A stretch of 64,000 bases of DNA from a virus, in IMG/VR virus record IMGVR_UViG_3300009709_000020, positions 1 to 64,000 of that record. One strand, written 5' to 3'. How positions within the stretch are numbered: the first letter of the stretch is position 1; every line of letters starts with the position of its first letter. The translations under genes and the position numbers were made by a program. Positions 25,101 through 35,887 of this stretch are shown in pieces. The notes beneath the pieces were generated by a model. The model ran no database searches. It was not told where the DNA came from and worked only from the letters and a program-made list of their open reading frames with translations.

Positions 25101-27182
25101 TTAATTTTTTTCTTCTTCCATTTGATATGATGTAAATCCACTTGATTTGATCACTTTCAGCACAGATGAAACTCGACTGGTTAGTTCATCTTTGTGACTA
25201 ATCAACCAAATAGATTTGTTGCGATTTCTGTTCATTTCTTTGAGAACCTTCAGAGAATTTTCAACACTTGCACCATCAGTACCATTATCCAATAATTCAT
25301 CAACGCACATTAAGTTGATCGGATAATACAAACTTTCCCAGACATCTCTAAATGCCCAAGACAAAGAGAGAATTACTCGTCCCATTTCACCTCGACTGAA
25401 GTTCCAATAATCCATTTCTCTGCCCAGTTCAGTGATTTCAACAGTCAAATCATTCTTAAATTCTACCTCATGAGGAAGTCCCATTTGTTCCAAATAATAT
25501 GACAAACGCGAATTCAAATATGTCAGGTTTTGTTCAATGATTTTTTTCCGAATAAATGAATCTTTATTAGTTAATAAATCATGTAAAAATTTTAAATGAT
25601 CACCGTGCTTAACAAGTTTATTAATGTTTTCAAAATCAATCACTTGGATTGCTTTTTCTTCCATATCAACAATTTGTTCACCGTATGGATCAATTTCTTT
25701 CGTCATTTTATCAATTTGTGAAATAATTGTGTTTAGCGTTGATCGATGTTCGATTGCTTCACTTTCAGTTGAATAATGTGTCACTGGTTTATTCATTGGT
25801 TCACGAACACTACCTAATTCAGCCATTTGATGCTCAAATGGATTAGTTTCTTTTTGTAAATTGGATAAACTATGCTGTAATTTGGTCAGTTTTTCTTTAT
25901 GCGCCAAAGCTTCTATCTCAGTTTTGTAATATGGTTCTGGCATTTCATTTAGTACAAAAAGACTTTGTGTATTTTTTGCCAATTCAGAAATAGTGAGTGC
26001 TAAATCAGCTTGTGTGTGTTCATATGTTTTTTGTTTTGCTTCTAATACAGATTGTTGAGTTTCATCATGGAATTCTTGTCCACATGCATAACATTTATGA
26101 TCATGTAATGTAGCGATTTCTATTGCCAATTTTTCTAATAGTTGGGTATCTCTATTTCTTGTTTTTTCTAAACGTGCAATATTTTGTTGAATCAAGTCTA
26201 ATTCTTTTTTCTTTGCTTGGTAATTTGCAATCGATTTATGATTTTCAAGCTCCTGTTGAATATCTACTTCAGTAAGAGACTTAATTATTTTTTCAAGTTT
26301 AGAAATCTCATTTGAATTGTTTTCTGCCCACGATGTGTGGGATCCAAAAACTCCCAAATAAGTATTATACCTAGCTAAATCATTTTCATACACTTTCAAC
26401 GAGGCATGGTTTAACAACTCTTGCTCAATATCCACTGCATTTAATTCTTCATAGAATGAAGTCAATTTCTGTAAATCTTCGTTGTGTTTATTTTGCCAAA
26501 GCTTCTGTCTTCTTTTCAATGCGTCAATTTGTTCTTTGACCCTTTTGTTGGATTCTTCAGTCGCCTTAATTCTAAATTCTTCTTGTTGCAAAGAATCTTT
26601 ATTGGTGCGCATTTGTTCTTTTACTAGTTCCGCTTTTTCTGAAAGCATGGTGATACCTAGAAGTTGTTCGATGATAAGACGTTGATCATTTGATCCTAAT
26701 GCAAGAAACGGTGTTGTGTAGGTGTTTAAAATAACAAGATGTTTGAACATTTCGTGTGACATACCGACAATGGATTCAATCATAGATTGAGTCTGCTTGT
26801 TTTCTCCTTGTGCAGCATCTTCTTTTGTTTCTTGTAGCGCATTGTTTACATAAAAACGTAGAAGGTTTGGCTTACGCCCTCGTTCAATTTTATAATCAAT
26901 GCCTTTAACAGAAAATTCAAGACTAACCAACATATTTTTTCCATTGGTTCGGTTAATCAGATTATCTTTTCTGATATTATTGATTGGTGAACCATACAAA
27001 GCATAAGAAATTGCTTGTAAGCCCGTTGTTTTTCCTGTACCATTTCTTACTTGTGAATCCACAATGTCTGTATTTTCACCTAGAATTAAGGTGAGTGCCT
27101 CATTATTGAGGTTGATTGTTTGTGAATTTTGGCCCACGGAAAGGAAGTTTTTAATAATTACATTTTTGATGATTAATGACAT
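25101..27182 (-). CDS. gp46: Recombination endonuclease ATPase subunit, gp46/Rad50-like
   Basis: NFLS, NGTGKTT, zinc hook CYACG, FSRGE, LMCVDE, ISH. Confidence 0.95.
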   Translation of the reverse strand: MSLIIKNVIIKNFLSVGQNSQTINLNNEALTLILGENTDIVDSQVRNGTGKTTGLQAISYALYGSPINNIRKDNLINRTNGKNMLVSLEFSVKGIDYKIERGRKPNLLRFYVNNALQETKEDAAQGENKQTQSMIESIVGMSHEMFKHLVILNTYTTPFLALGSNDQRLIIEQLLGITMLSEKAELVKEQMRTNKDSLQQEEFRIKATEESNKRVKEQIDALKRRQKLWQNKHNEDLQKLTSFYEELNAVDIEQELLNHASLKVYENDLARYNTYLGVFGSHTSWAENNSNEISKLEKIIKSLTEVDIQQELENHKSIANYQAKKKELDLIQQNIARLEKTRNRDTQLLEKLAIEIATLHDHKCYACGQEFHDETQQSVLEAKQKTYEHTQADLALTISELAKNTQSLFVLNEMPEPYYKTEIEALAHKEKLTKLQHSLSNLQKETNPFEHQMAELGSVREPMNKPVTHYSTESEAIEHRSTLNTIISQIDKMTKEIDPYGEQIVDMEEKAIQVIDFENINKLVKHGDHLKFLHDLLTNKDSFIRKKIIEQNLTYLNSRLSYYLEQMGLPHEVEFKNDLTVEITELGREMDYWNFSRGEMGRVILSLSWAFRDVWESLYYPINLMCVDELLDNGTDGASVENSLKVLKEMNRNRNKSIWLISHKDELTSRVSSVLKVIKSSGFTSYQMEEEKN

Positions 27183-27183
27183 A

Positions 27184-28203
27184 TTATAGTTTTCTGTAAA
27201 TCTCTAATAGTAGCTTCGGATCAAAAAAATCACTTTCGATTTTTGTTAATTGCTCAGTGATGATTTTGTCCGGATTATCGAAACTGAATTTTTGATCTTC
27301 TGGAATATCTTGGTCTAGACCATTAGTTTTAGTAGGAATCAACGACATTTCTCTAAGACCATATTGAGGAATTAATTCTTCCCTGATGAAATTCGCTTCT
27401 TCATATGAAATAGCAATATCCAAATGGATTTTTACACTAGATTTTTTCAATAATAACCCTGCAGGGTTATCAAGAACCTGGCTCAGTTTATAATTTCTAA
27501 ATAATGGTTGTCCTGGCCATGCATGAAATTCAGGTTCATGTCCCCATTCCAGAATCATCATTCCTCGTTGGTCGTCTCCTGCATCTGCATAATTGTGCGG
27601 GAATGCGTTGCCTATGTACCAGATGTTTTTTCTTGCTTGGCGTTTGTGGAAATGTCCGCTGAATACGGTTCCTGTATTTGAGAAATCGTCATCTCCTATT
27701 TCTCCGTGTCCAGGCATCAATACCTGTGCATTCATGTAAAAATTTGGAAGTTCAAAATGTCCGAAAGTATAAGTTGATTTAATTTTTCGAACTTTTTTGA
27801 GTTCTTCACCGATCAACCATGGACAAATAGTGACATCATCAATGGTGATGATGTCATTTACAATTTGTACGTTTTTTAAATAATCGCCCCAAGCAAGTGA
27901 GTGAATTTCTCTGCTTTCACGATAAAATTGATCGTGATTACCAGTAATCATGAATACCTGACTGAAATTTTTATTCAGTATATCCAAACATTTCATGGAA
28001 TAATTTAATGTTTGGATACTTATACTTGATCGGTGATTATGCCAGTCACCACAAATAATGGCTATATCACAATCTTCTTCTTTTGCTTTTTTACAAAACC
28101 ATTCTATAAATTCAACACAATCCTCATTGTGTGTTATACTGTTTGACTTTAATCCCAAATGTAAATCTGTCGCTACAGCAGCTTTTCTAAATAATTTGCT
28201 CAT
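27184..28203 (-). CDS. gp47: Recombination endonuclease nuclease subunit, gp47/Mre11-like
   Basis: TDLHLG, GDWH, GNHD, GHFE, SGHFH metallophosphoesterase motifs. Confidence 0.95.
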   Translation of the reverse strand: MSKLFRKAAVATDLHLGLKSNSITHNEDCVEFIEWFCKKAKEEDCDIAIICGDWHNHRSSISIQTLNYSMKCLDILNKNFSQVFMITGNHDQFYRESREIHSLAWGDYLKNVQIVNDIITIDDVTICPWLIGEELKKVRKIKSTYTFGHFELPNFYMNAQVLMPGHGEIGDDDFSNTGTVFSGHFHKRQARKNIWYIGNAFPHNYADAGDDQRGMMILEWGHEPEFHAWPGQPLFRNYKLSQVLDNPAGLLLKKSSVKIHLDIAISYEEANFIREELIPQYGLREMSLIPTKTNGLDQDIPEDQKFSFDNPDKIITEQLTKIESDFFDPKLLLEIYRKL

Positions 28204-28256
28204 AATTTAATTCTAACAGATTGTAATTTTATTACAACAGACTTGGTCAAAATGAA

Positions 28257-29120
28257 TTATTCGAATTCCTTAAGCTGCCGTGTCATAGATGGCTTGAAAC
28301 CCTGTGTTTCCAACAGATCATCACGAATGTTTTGGTTGCGTTTTTCATCATTTAAAATTTTAACAAACACGTGGTTTACTGTTGCAGTAAAAAAAGCAAA
28401 TGGATTGTTTGATCGTGCTTCATTGAAGCGAAGTCCAACATAAGTCAGTTGCAAAATAGCACTTGCTACCATTTCCTCCCGATATGTATACCCCCGCCAA
28501 TTATATTTCATTGAATATTTTTCACAAAGCATCATGTACATTCTACCTAGTTTATTTGTGGTTCTGCCATGATCTACTGAAAAATATCCATTATCCATTC
28601 CACCTGTCCAATGTGATTTTCCTACGCATACTGGTTTGTTGTCTATTATTTTAAAATGCTGGTACGGAGGAAAATTAACTTTTTCGTGCACCAATTCTTC
28701 TTCATTTTCGGTTATAATGGATTCATCTGTTTCATCATCACCAAAAATAAACAAATCTTTTGCTGATTTTTTTGCAAGAGTCTTTTTGACTGGTTTTGGA
28801 CATAATGGAATATGATCCCATGTCATGACTCTAAAAATTAATTCTTCAGTCGAAATAGATAATGGATCTAGTTTTTCTCCTGTGTTATATGCAATTCTTG
28901 CAGCTTTCGCAGCTTTCGCCTGTTCAATAATTTCAGGATTAAGTATTTCATATGAAGATTTTTCTAATGGATCTTCGGCATTGCCGATAATTAAATCATA
29001 TTGGTGATATTCATCGTCAACATACGATGAGAATGAAGTTTTGCTTTTGTGTATTTCCGCAAGCATATCCCGGTTGTTGAGATAATTTACTTTGCGAGGT
29101 TTTCTAGGTGCGACAGCCAT
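28257..29120 (-). CDS. gp55: Late transcription sigma factor, gp55-like
   Basis: NYLNN, NWRGYTYREEM, FNEARSNNPFAFFT; adjacent to gp47. Confidence 0.85.
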   Translation of the reverse strand: MAVAPRKPRKVNYLNNRDMLAEIHKSKTSFSSYVDDEYHQYDLIIGNAEDPLEKSSYEILNPEIIEQAKAAKAARIAYNTGEKLDPLSISTEELIFRVMTWDHIPLCPKPVKKTLAKKSAKDLFIFGDDETDESIITENEEELVHEKVNFPPYQHFKIIDNKPVCVGKSHWTGGMDNGYFSVDHGRTTNKLGRMYMMLCEKYSMKYNWRGYTYREEMVASAILQLTYVGLRFNEARSNNPFAFFTATVNHVFVKILNDEKRNQNIRDDLLETQGFKPSMTRQLKEFE

Positions 29121-29217
29121 TTAATTATATTATCCTTTTTTATATTATATATGGTTGCGTAATAAATACAACCATTTAATTCAAAACTGCACATTTTTTG
29201 ACCATTAAATATTGTAT

Positions 29218-30099
29218 ATGGCTGACAATATAATCGACACATCCGCAGATCCTGCCCTTGCAAGAGGAATAACACTTGCAGACGGAACATTTCTTCCTGA
29301 CGCAACGGGACCTGACATTGTGGTTACCGCAAATAATACGTCAGCCACTTCAACTACAACTTCTACTGTTTCTAATGCAGATTGGAGAGTAAGACTAGCA
29401 ATTGCATCAGGAGCAAATTATTTATATAAATCCTCTTCACCGGGTATTCTTAAACCACTATTGGCCACGGATGGCGTAATATTCCCTTATACTCCTTCTA
29501 TCAATGTATCCTATTCTGCTTCATATGAACCAGTAACCATTCCACACAGTAACTATAAGGTACAACAATATACTAGCAGTTCAGTAGATAGTATTTCAAT
29601 TACCGGAGAATTTACTGCGCAGGATGTTTTTGAAGCGCAATATGTATTAGCAGTTATTCATTTTTTTCAAAGTGCAACCAAAATGTTTTATGGTCAAGAT
29701 GTAAGTCCTAAACCCGGAACTCCTCCAGCAGTATGTTTTCTATACGGATTAGGGGCATATCAGTTTGCGGGACACCCACTCGGAGTAAGTTCATTCACTT
29801 ATTCATTGCCCAATGACGTAGATTATATTCCAATTCCTGCGTCAACTGTTACATCTGCAACTCCTACTTTATCTACTCCTTCTCAACGAAGATTAGCGGG
29901 GGCAATTAATCAAGGTGGAACGTCAACTGGTGTAACATTTGCAACAAATTCTGCTGTTGGTGCAACATGGATTCCGTCAAAAATACAAATTTCTATTGGC
30001 TGTGTACCATTACAAAGTAGAAATCAAATTTCAAATAATTTCAGTTTAGAAAATTATGCAAGTGGAAATACTTCATCTAGCACAGGAGTATTTTGGTAA
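29218..30099 (+). CDS. Baseplate/tail tube initiator-like protein
   Basis: VIFPYTP, ISITGEFTAQ, PPAVCFL; first gene of baseplate operon; TAAATA 6 nt upstream. Confidence 0.55.
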   Translation: MADNIIDTSADPALARGITLADGTFLPDATGPDIVVTANNTSATSTTTSTVSNADWRVRLAIASGANYLYKSSSPGILKPLLATDGVIFPYTPSINVSYSASYEPVTIPHSNYKVQQYTSSSVDSISITGEFTAQDVFEAQYVLAVIHFFQSATKMFYGQDVSPKPGTPPAVCFLYGLGAYQFAGHPLGVSSFTYSLPNDVDYIPIPASTVTSATPTLSTPSQRRLAGAINQGGTSTGVTFATNSAVGATWIPSKIQISIGCVPLQSRNQISNNFSLENYASGNTSSSTGVFW

Positions 30100-30431
30100 T
30101 GACTAATTTAGCAAATTCATCACAAACAACAAACTATACATCTTCGAATCCATATTATACCACAGATATAATAAATTCAAGCTATTTAGGAGTTTTGAAC
30201 TATAGACCAATAACAAAACTAAAAGATGATGTATATTATAAAATAACAGCGACCCATGAATACCGACCTGATCTGTTGGCTTTGGATTTATATGGAAATT
30301 CTGAACTATGGTGGGTATTTGCAGAAAGAAATCCAAATAAATTGGGTGAAAACCCATATATGAACTTTACTGCAGGAACCGAGATTTTCATTCCAACGTT
30401 GACAACGTTGCGTTCAGATTTGGGAATTTAA
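30099..30431 (+). CDS. gp53: Baseplate wedge protein, gp53-like (LysM-like)
   Basis: RPDLLALDLYGNSELWWVF..N..GTEIFIP. Confidence 0.75.
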   Translation: MTNLANSSQTTNYTSSNPYYTTDIINSSYLGVLNYRPITKLKDDVYYKITATHEYRPDLLALDLYGNSELWWVFAERNPNKLGENPYMNFTAGTEIFIPTLTTLRSDLGI

Positions 30432-30432
30432 T

Positions 30433-32529
30433 ATGGATGATGATGCAACTATTAACAATTCAGTGTCATCTACCGTCGCGAATAAACCTGGGATAAGGCC
30501 CAATAATCCGTTAAGCTATTTGTCAAGTTACAATTATCAAATTAGTCTGTATATGATTTCTCCGGACGCATATAATGCATTTGCACAGTCTGGCAAAAAA
30601 AGTATTAGTTCAGTTTCATCTACCGTGGGAGGAGTATATCTTATTGCTCAGTCAGGCGGAAGTAATGTCAAAGATAAGCAAGATAATTTTACATTTGATT
30701 ATGGAATAGATAATTTAAAATTATCTATTATTGGACCTACCTCTTCTGGTTCTGCAGCAGCAGCAATTGACGTACAATTTCAAATTATTGAACCATATGG
30801 TTTCTCTTTCATTGACAATTTAAAAAAAGCATCTGCTCAACTATACGGCAATACACCGACTACAACATCTAGTTCATCTGGCCCGACCAATCCAGGAAGA
30901 GGATTCTTTATTTTGGGAATAAGATTTTATGGTTATGATGCAGCCGGTAATGTGGTGTCAGGCAGTACGATACAACAGGATGGTACTGCACTTGATCCTA
31001 ATTCTAGTGGAACACAACTTTTTGAACGGTATTATGATATTATGTTCAAAAAAATAAAAACCAAACTTGATGGCAAAGCAACGGTGTATTCTATTGAGGC
31101 TGCGACTGTTTCGACACAAACAGCATTTAACACTGAATATGGAACTAATAAAAATCCGATAACAATTACTGCATCTACAGTAGATGATGCGTTGACCCAA
31201 CTTATGGCAGCATATTCAAAAGAATCATCCGTAAATTCTGGAAGTACCTCTGCAAATTCATCGACATATTCCATTGCATATTCAAATACTGCGTCAACTG
31301 ATATTGGTGCAAAATCATTAATATCAATGTCAGATTTAGACAAATATAAATGGACTGGTTCCACAGCAACTTCAACTACAAATTCTAACCCTAGTACCGA
31401 ACTAAAAAATGTATCAGCGTCGAATAGTAAAAGGAAATTGACAATTCCTAGTGGTACACCAATATTAAGTGCAATCTCACTAATAATTTCACAAAGTAGT
31501 TTTGTCGAAGATGCACTTAAAGTAGTATATACATCTGCATTAGAACCTGATACCAGTACCGGAGGATTAAAAAAAGTAACTAATAGTACATCCAATACAT
31601 TGACCTGGTATATCTGTAACCCTTCATTATCAAATGCGAAATGGAATTCGGCAAAAAAATCATGGGTATATGATATCACATATACATTAGGTACCTATAC
31701 CACTCCTGCGTTAGATGCTGCATATGCCAATCCTACTGCTGCATATTATGGTCCGTATAAATCATATGAATATTGGTACACTGGAAAAAATAAAGAAATT
31801 TTGCAATATTCGCAGGAATTGGACAATTTGTATTACATTTCAGTTTTGGGAACGGATTCAGATTATCAGAGTGACGGAAATACAACTGATACACCAAAAG
31901 TAGTCGGTACACGTCCTGATGCCCCAAAACAAGGAAGTGCAGGATTAAGAACAGATGCGTACAACACAGTTGCTACCTCATTGACTGATCCGTCAGGACA
32001 AGCATCAGCAAGTATTCAGATTATGGGAGATCCTGATTATCTAGGAATATTGGATATGAATTCTTCTGTTAGTACTGGATCAGAAACATCGGTTTACAAT
32101 ACATTTTATGGCAATGATGGATATTCAATAAATTATCTTGCAGGTCAAACATTTATTGAAATTGATTTCAAGGAAGCAGTGGATTACGACATGACCGGTA
32201 CCGGGTGTTTAACAATAAATGATTCTATTCAATTCTGGGCTCCGCCTACCAATACTTCATCTAACACCTCATCTAGTTCCTCGGCATTAAGTTACTTGGT
32301 TAATAAAGTTGATTGCGTTTTTCAGAACGGCACTTTTAAACAAACACTTGATTGTAAAATCAATACATTTGCGAACAATTCATCAAATTCATCCTCAACC
32401 TCATCAGGAACTACTACTGGATCTACATTATCGTCCAGTAATACTGGCCTGATGTTGGACGGAAAAACATCTAGCACAGGAACATCTACGTCAAATGATA
32501 CTACCAATATTTCCACAGGAGATGATTGA
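30433..32529 (+). CDS. Baseplate hub-like structural protein
   Basis: 698 aa, IIEPYG, IMGDPDY, FKQTL; lies between gp53-like and gp5-like genes. Confidence 0.55.
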   Translation: MDDDATINNSVSSTVANKPGIRPNNPLSYLSSYNYQISLYMISPDAYNAFAQSGKKSISSVSSTVGGVYLIAQSGGSNVKDKQDNFTFDYGIDNLKLSIIGPTSSGSAAAAIDVQFQIIEPYGFSFIDNLKKASAQLYGNTPTTTSSSSGPTNPGRGFFILGIRFYGYDAAGNVVSGSTIQQDGTALDPNSSGTQLFERYYDIMFKKIKTKLDGKATVYSIEAATVSTQTAFNTEYGTNKNPITITASTVDDALTQLMAAYSKESSVNSGSTSANSSTYSIAYSNTASTDIGAKSLISMSDLDKYKWTGSTATSTTNSNPSTELKNVSASNSKRKLTIPSGTPILSAISLIISQSSFVEDALKVVYTSALEPDTSTGGLKKVTNSTSNTLTWYICNPSLSNAKWNSAKKSWVYDITYTLGTYTTPALDAAYANPTAAYYGPYKSYEYWYTGKNKEILQYSQELDNLYYISVLGTDSDYQSDGNTTDTPKVVGTRPDAPKQGSAGLRTDAYNTVATSLTDPSGQASASIQIMGDPDYLGILDMNSSVSTGSETSVYNTFYGNDGYSINYLAGQTFIEIDFKEAVDYDMTGTGCLTINDSIQFWAPPTNTSSNTSSSSSALSYLVNKVDCVFQNGTFKQTLDCKINTFANNSSNSSSTSSGTTTGSTLSSSNTGLMLDGKTSSTGTSTSNDTTNISTGDD

Positions 32530-35417
32530 TGGATAATGATATCCGTTTTAATAATCCTGATAAATCACATGATCCTGCGGCAGGAGGTGGAAATGTCTAT
32601 AAATATCCTGTCATCGGCATAGTAAAAGATAACATTGATCCAAATTATTCTGGTTCACTGAGAGTTCAAATAGAGGGATCCACAAAACAAGATTCTGCAT
32701 CCACAGATGATGGAAGCTGGATAACAGTACAACGCATGTCAACTTTCTTTGGTGCTACTATTGCATCCAGTAATAGTACAGGAAGTGGATCATTTAAAAC
32801 AAATCCAACCTCATATGGACAATGGCAGGCGCCACCTGATATTGGTACAAAAGTATTATGCATTTTTGTCAACGGTGATCCTACCAGGGGATATTATATG
32901 GGAGCAATTGCCGATGCAGAATCATTGCATATGGTTCCTGCCATTGGAGCTTCATCGAACGTTGTCCCGAATTCGGCAGAAGCATCTGCATATGGTGATG
33001 CTGCTAGACTTCCCGTGACGAATATAAACACAAACGATAGTGCCAGTACAAATAGCAGCGATTTTAACAATCAATCACGTCCTGTTCATAGTTACTCGGC
33101 AGCAATAATGTTTCAACAAGGTATCATCAAGGATCCATTAAGAGGACCAATTTCTTCAAGTGCATCAAGAGAACCTGTTTCTAGAGTAGGATGGGGTGTT
33201 TCTACTCCAGGAAGACCAATATATCAAGGTGGGTATGATGATTCAACATTACCTAACAATTTAAATGCATCCAACAATGATTCTCAACTTCAAGTCATAG
33301 GAAGAAGGGGCGGCCACTCGTTTGTCATGGATGACGGAGATATTGTTGGTCGTGATCAATTAGTTCGAATTCGTACTTCTCTCGGACATCAAATTTTGAT
33401 GAGTGATGATGGACAAACATTATCAATATTGCACTCAAATGGACAAACTTATGTCGAATTAGGCAAAGAAGGAACGGTAGATATCTATTCGACGAATTCA
33501 ATTAATTTACGAACACAAGGTGATTTAAATTTCCATGCTGACCGAGATGTTAATATTCATGCAGCAAATTCATTTAACGTACATGCAAATACATACCAAA
33601 TTGATGCTGACAAAGACATTAAACTAGTATCCACTGGAAATATTTTATTGGGCGCTCAAGGAAAACTGTCTGCTACCACAACCGGTGCAATGAGTTTTAA
33701 ATCTACTGGAGAAGCATCATTTTTTAGTTCTGCAAAAACATTTATTAATGGATCGAAAATAAATTTAAACAGCGGAAATCCTTCTACATCTCCTGAATCA
33801 TTGACCCAAAATTCACTGAACATGCACACTGATACAACATTGGATAATACAAAAGGATTTGTATCGTCACCTGCATCATTGAAATCTGTTACTTCTCGTG
33901 CACCTGCACATTATCCATGGGTTATGGCTGGAAAAGGAGTAAATGTAAATGTATCATTGTCAACTTCATCTAGTGCCGGATCCAACTCTGCATTGTCTAG
34001 CCAAATCAATACCGCTTTAGCAAATACAAATTCTTCTACGGTATCATTGTCAACTTTAGCAACAATTCCTAATGTATCTGGATTGTCATCATCAATTGAT
34101 TCTACTACTACAAAAGGTATTTTGAGCGGTATTTCCAGTTCAACCTCATTGGGTTCCACAGCGAACGTTGCTTCGTTGGGAGCATCTATTGTTTCAACTG
34201 CCGGAGCAGCAGCAGGTACAGCAGTAAATGCGTTATCTAATGTAGCATCAAATACTATTGCTGTTGGAACTTTTTCTCAAACTGCATCACAGCTTGTATC
34301 CGGTGGAATATTAAAACCTGGTAGTAGCACGCTGATAAATGCATTGGTTAATAATGGGGCAAATATACAAACTGCGATTCCGTCATCATTGTTTACCGGG
34401 AAAAATGGAATTACATCAATCACTCAATTGGCAACGAATCAATCCGCACAAATCAATTCAATGCAAGCAGTGTTGCAAAAATCATTAACCAGTTTAAATT
34501 CTTCTGGTTTCTCTACTTCAAATGTATCGTTAACATCTGGTTTGATATCTGCTGCGAGCATGTCAACTCCTTCCACTATTGTCAATGCAATTAATAATCC
34601 TGCAACTTTATTGTCCAAAACAATTATTAGTCAAATTTCAACATCAACTGCAGGTTTGGCATCATTGACAGGCACATCATCATTCATAGGTACATCAGGA
34701 TTGACAAAATCATTAAGTCTTTCTAACGCATCTGTAACAGGAAACATAATTCAATCATCGCTGAATGCAATTACTTCATCACTTCCGTCATTGACTGCAA
34801 ATACCTCACAAAATCTGTTAGCATTATCGTCAGGAACTTCAACCTCTGCATTGGCGGGCGGCATGGCAGCATTTAAATCAGGCGGAATAAATTCATTAAT
34901 ATCAGCAGGTTCTGTATTACATACCTCAGGTATAATAGATCCAAGTACACTATTGTCGAGCGGGATTAATAGTTTAACAGGGGGCATAAATTCTATTGTT
35001 TCAATTGCATCCTCTTCTCTATTTTCTGGTGTATCCGGATCCGGATCTATTTCAAGTGCGGTAAATAATTTGACAAAAACTGCATCTATTGGCCTATCAT
35101 CTTTGCTCGGATCTTCTGGTATAGGTCCTGCAGCAACTAAGACCCCGGTCGCCGCTTCAGGAACAACAGACCGATCTGCTTTATCAAAACAAGTTACCAA
35201 TTTATTGGGCAGTAGTACTATCCCTTCGCCCGATTTATTAAATTCAAGTAGTTCCTCTTCATCGAATTCTATTCTTCCGACGGCTCCTTCCGCTGATATT
35301 GCTGCGTTGACTGCTACATTGAATGCAGCAGTTGCCAATTATTCATCAGGTGACAAAAGAATAATAGAAGCAAAAACAGCATTAAATGCGGCTATTGCAG
35401 CATCACAAAAAATTTAA
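32529..35417 (+). CDS. gp5: Baseplate central spike gp5/VgrG-like protein with long S/T/G-rich tail
   Basis: GIVKDNIDP..G.LRV, PPDIGTKVLC.F.NGD OB-fold, GHSFVMDDG, RTSLGHQILMSD, KINLN. Confidence 0.75.
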   Translation: MDNDIRFNNPDKSHDPAAGGGNVYKYPVIGIVKDNIDPNYSGSLRVQIEGSTKQDSASTDDGSWITVQRMSTFFGATIASSNSTGSGSFKTNPTSYGQWQAPPDIGTKVLCIFVNGDPTRGYYMGAIADAESLHMVPAIGASSNVVPNSAEASAYGDAARLPVTNINTNDSASTNSSDFNNQSRPVHSYSAAIMFQQGIIKDPLRGPISSSASREPVSRVGWGVSTPGRPIYQGGYDDSTLPNNLNASNNDSQLQVIGRRGGHSFVMDDGDIVGRDQLVRIRTSLGHQILMSDDGQTLSILHSNGQTYVELGKEGTVDIYSTNSINLRTQGDLNFHADRDVNIHAANSFNVHANTYQIDADKDIKLVSTGNILLGAQGKLSATTTGAMSFKSTGEASFFSSAKTFINGSKINLNSGNPSTSPESLTQNSLNMHTDTTLDNTKGFVSSPASLKSVTSRAPAHYPWVMAGKGVNVNVSLSTSSSAGSNSALSSQINTALANTNSSTVSLSTLATIPNVSGLSSSIDSTTTKGILSGISSSTSLGSTANVASLGASIVSTAGAAAGTAVNALSNVASNTIAVGTFSQTASQLVSGGILKPGSSTLINALVNNGANIQTAIPSSLFTGKNGITSITQLATNQSAQINSMQAVLQKSLTSLNSSGFSTSNVSLTSGLISAASMSTPSTIVNAINNPATLLSKTIISQISTSTAGLASLTGTSSFIGTSGLTKSLSLSNASVTGNIIQSSLNAITSSLPSLTANTSQNLLALSSGTSTSALAGGMAAFKSGGINSLISAGSVLHTSGIIDPSTLLSSGINSLTGGINSIVSIASSSLFSGVSGSGSISSAVNNLTKTASIGLSSLLGSSGIGPAATKTPVAASGTTDRSALSKQVTNLLGSSTIPSPDLLNSSSSSSSNSILPTAPSADIAALTATLNAAVANYSSGDKRIIEAKTALNAAIAASQKI

Positions 35418-35428
35418 GGATTATATTA

Positions 35429-35851
35429 ATGGCAACCTATATAGGATACAATACGCAGGTACCTGCAACACAAACATCAATGAATTCTATAAACAATAGT
35501 TCGTACAAATCAAATAAAAGTACTCGAATGGTTGACGAACAATTAGTTATCCAAGACTTGATAAATGCATTTAACATACGAAAAGGTTCAATACCTGGAT
35601 TACCTAGTTATGGTTGTGGAATATGGGATGATATTTTTGAGCAAAACACCACTTCATTGCAGGCATCTGTCGAAACCGAGGTTAGAAATATCATAGCGGC
35701 AGACAATAGAATAGTTTTGAATACCGTGTCAACAAATATTGTGACAAATGGAATATTTGTTACCATTGAATTTGCTATTAACAAATTTAACACACCGAGA
35801 ACCATTCAAATTTATTTTGATGGTTTGTCAAATAGCGCTTATGAAGCCTAA
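35429..35851 (+). CDS. gp25: Baseplate wedge subunit gp25-like
   Basis: DLINAFNIRKG..PSYGCGIWD.IFE, DNRI. Confidence 0.85.
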   Translation: MATYIGYNTQVPATQTSMNSINNSSYKSNKSTRMVDEQLVIQDLINAFNIRKGSIPGLPSYGCGIWDDIFEQNTTSLQASVETEVRNIIAADNRIVLNTVSTNIVTNGIFVTIEFAINKFNTPRTIQIYFDGLSNSAYEA

Positions 35852-35887
35852 ATTTTGAACCTATAAATATAATAAACGGAATTTTTA

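Noticed and set aside
2188-28203. Inteins or introns in uvsX, gp23, gp20, gp46 or gp47
   Set aside because: Lengths and motif spacing are continuous; much of the extra length in gp46 is explained by internal duplications
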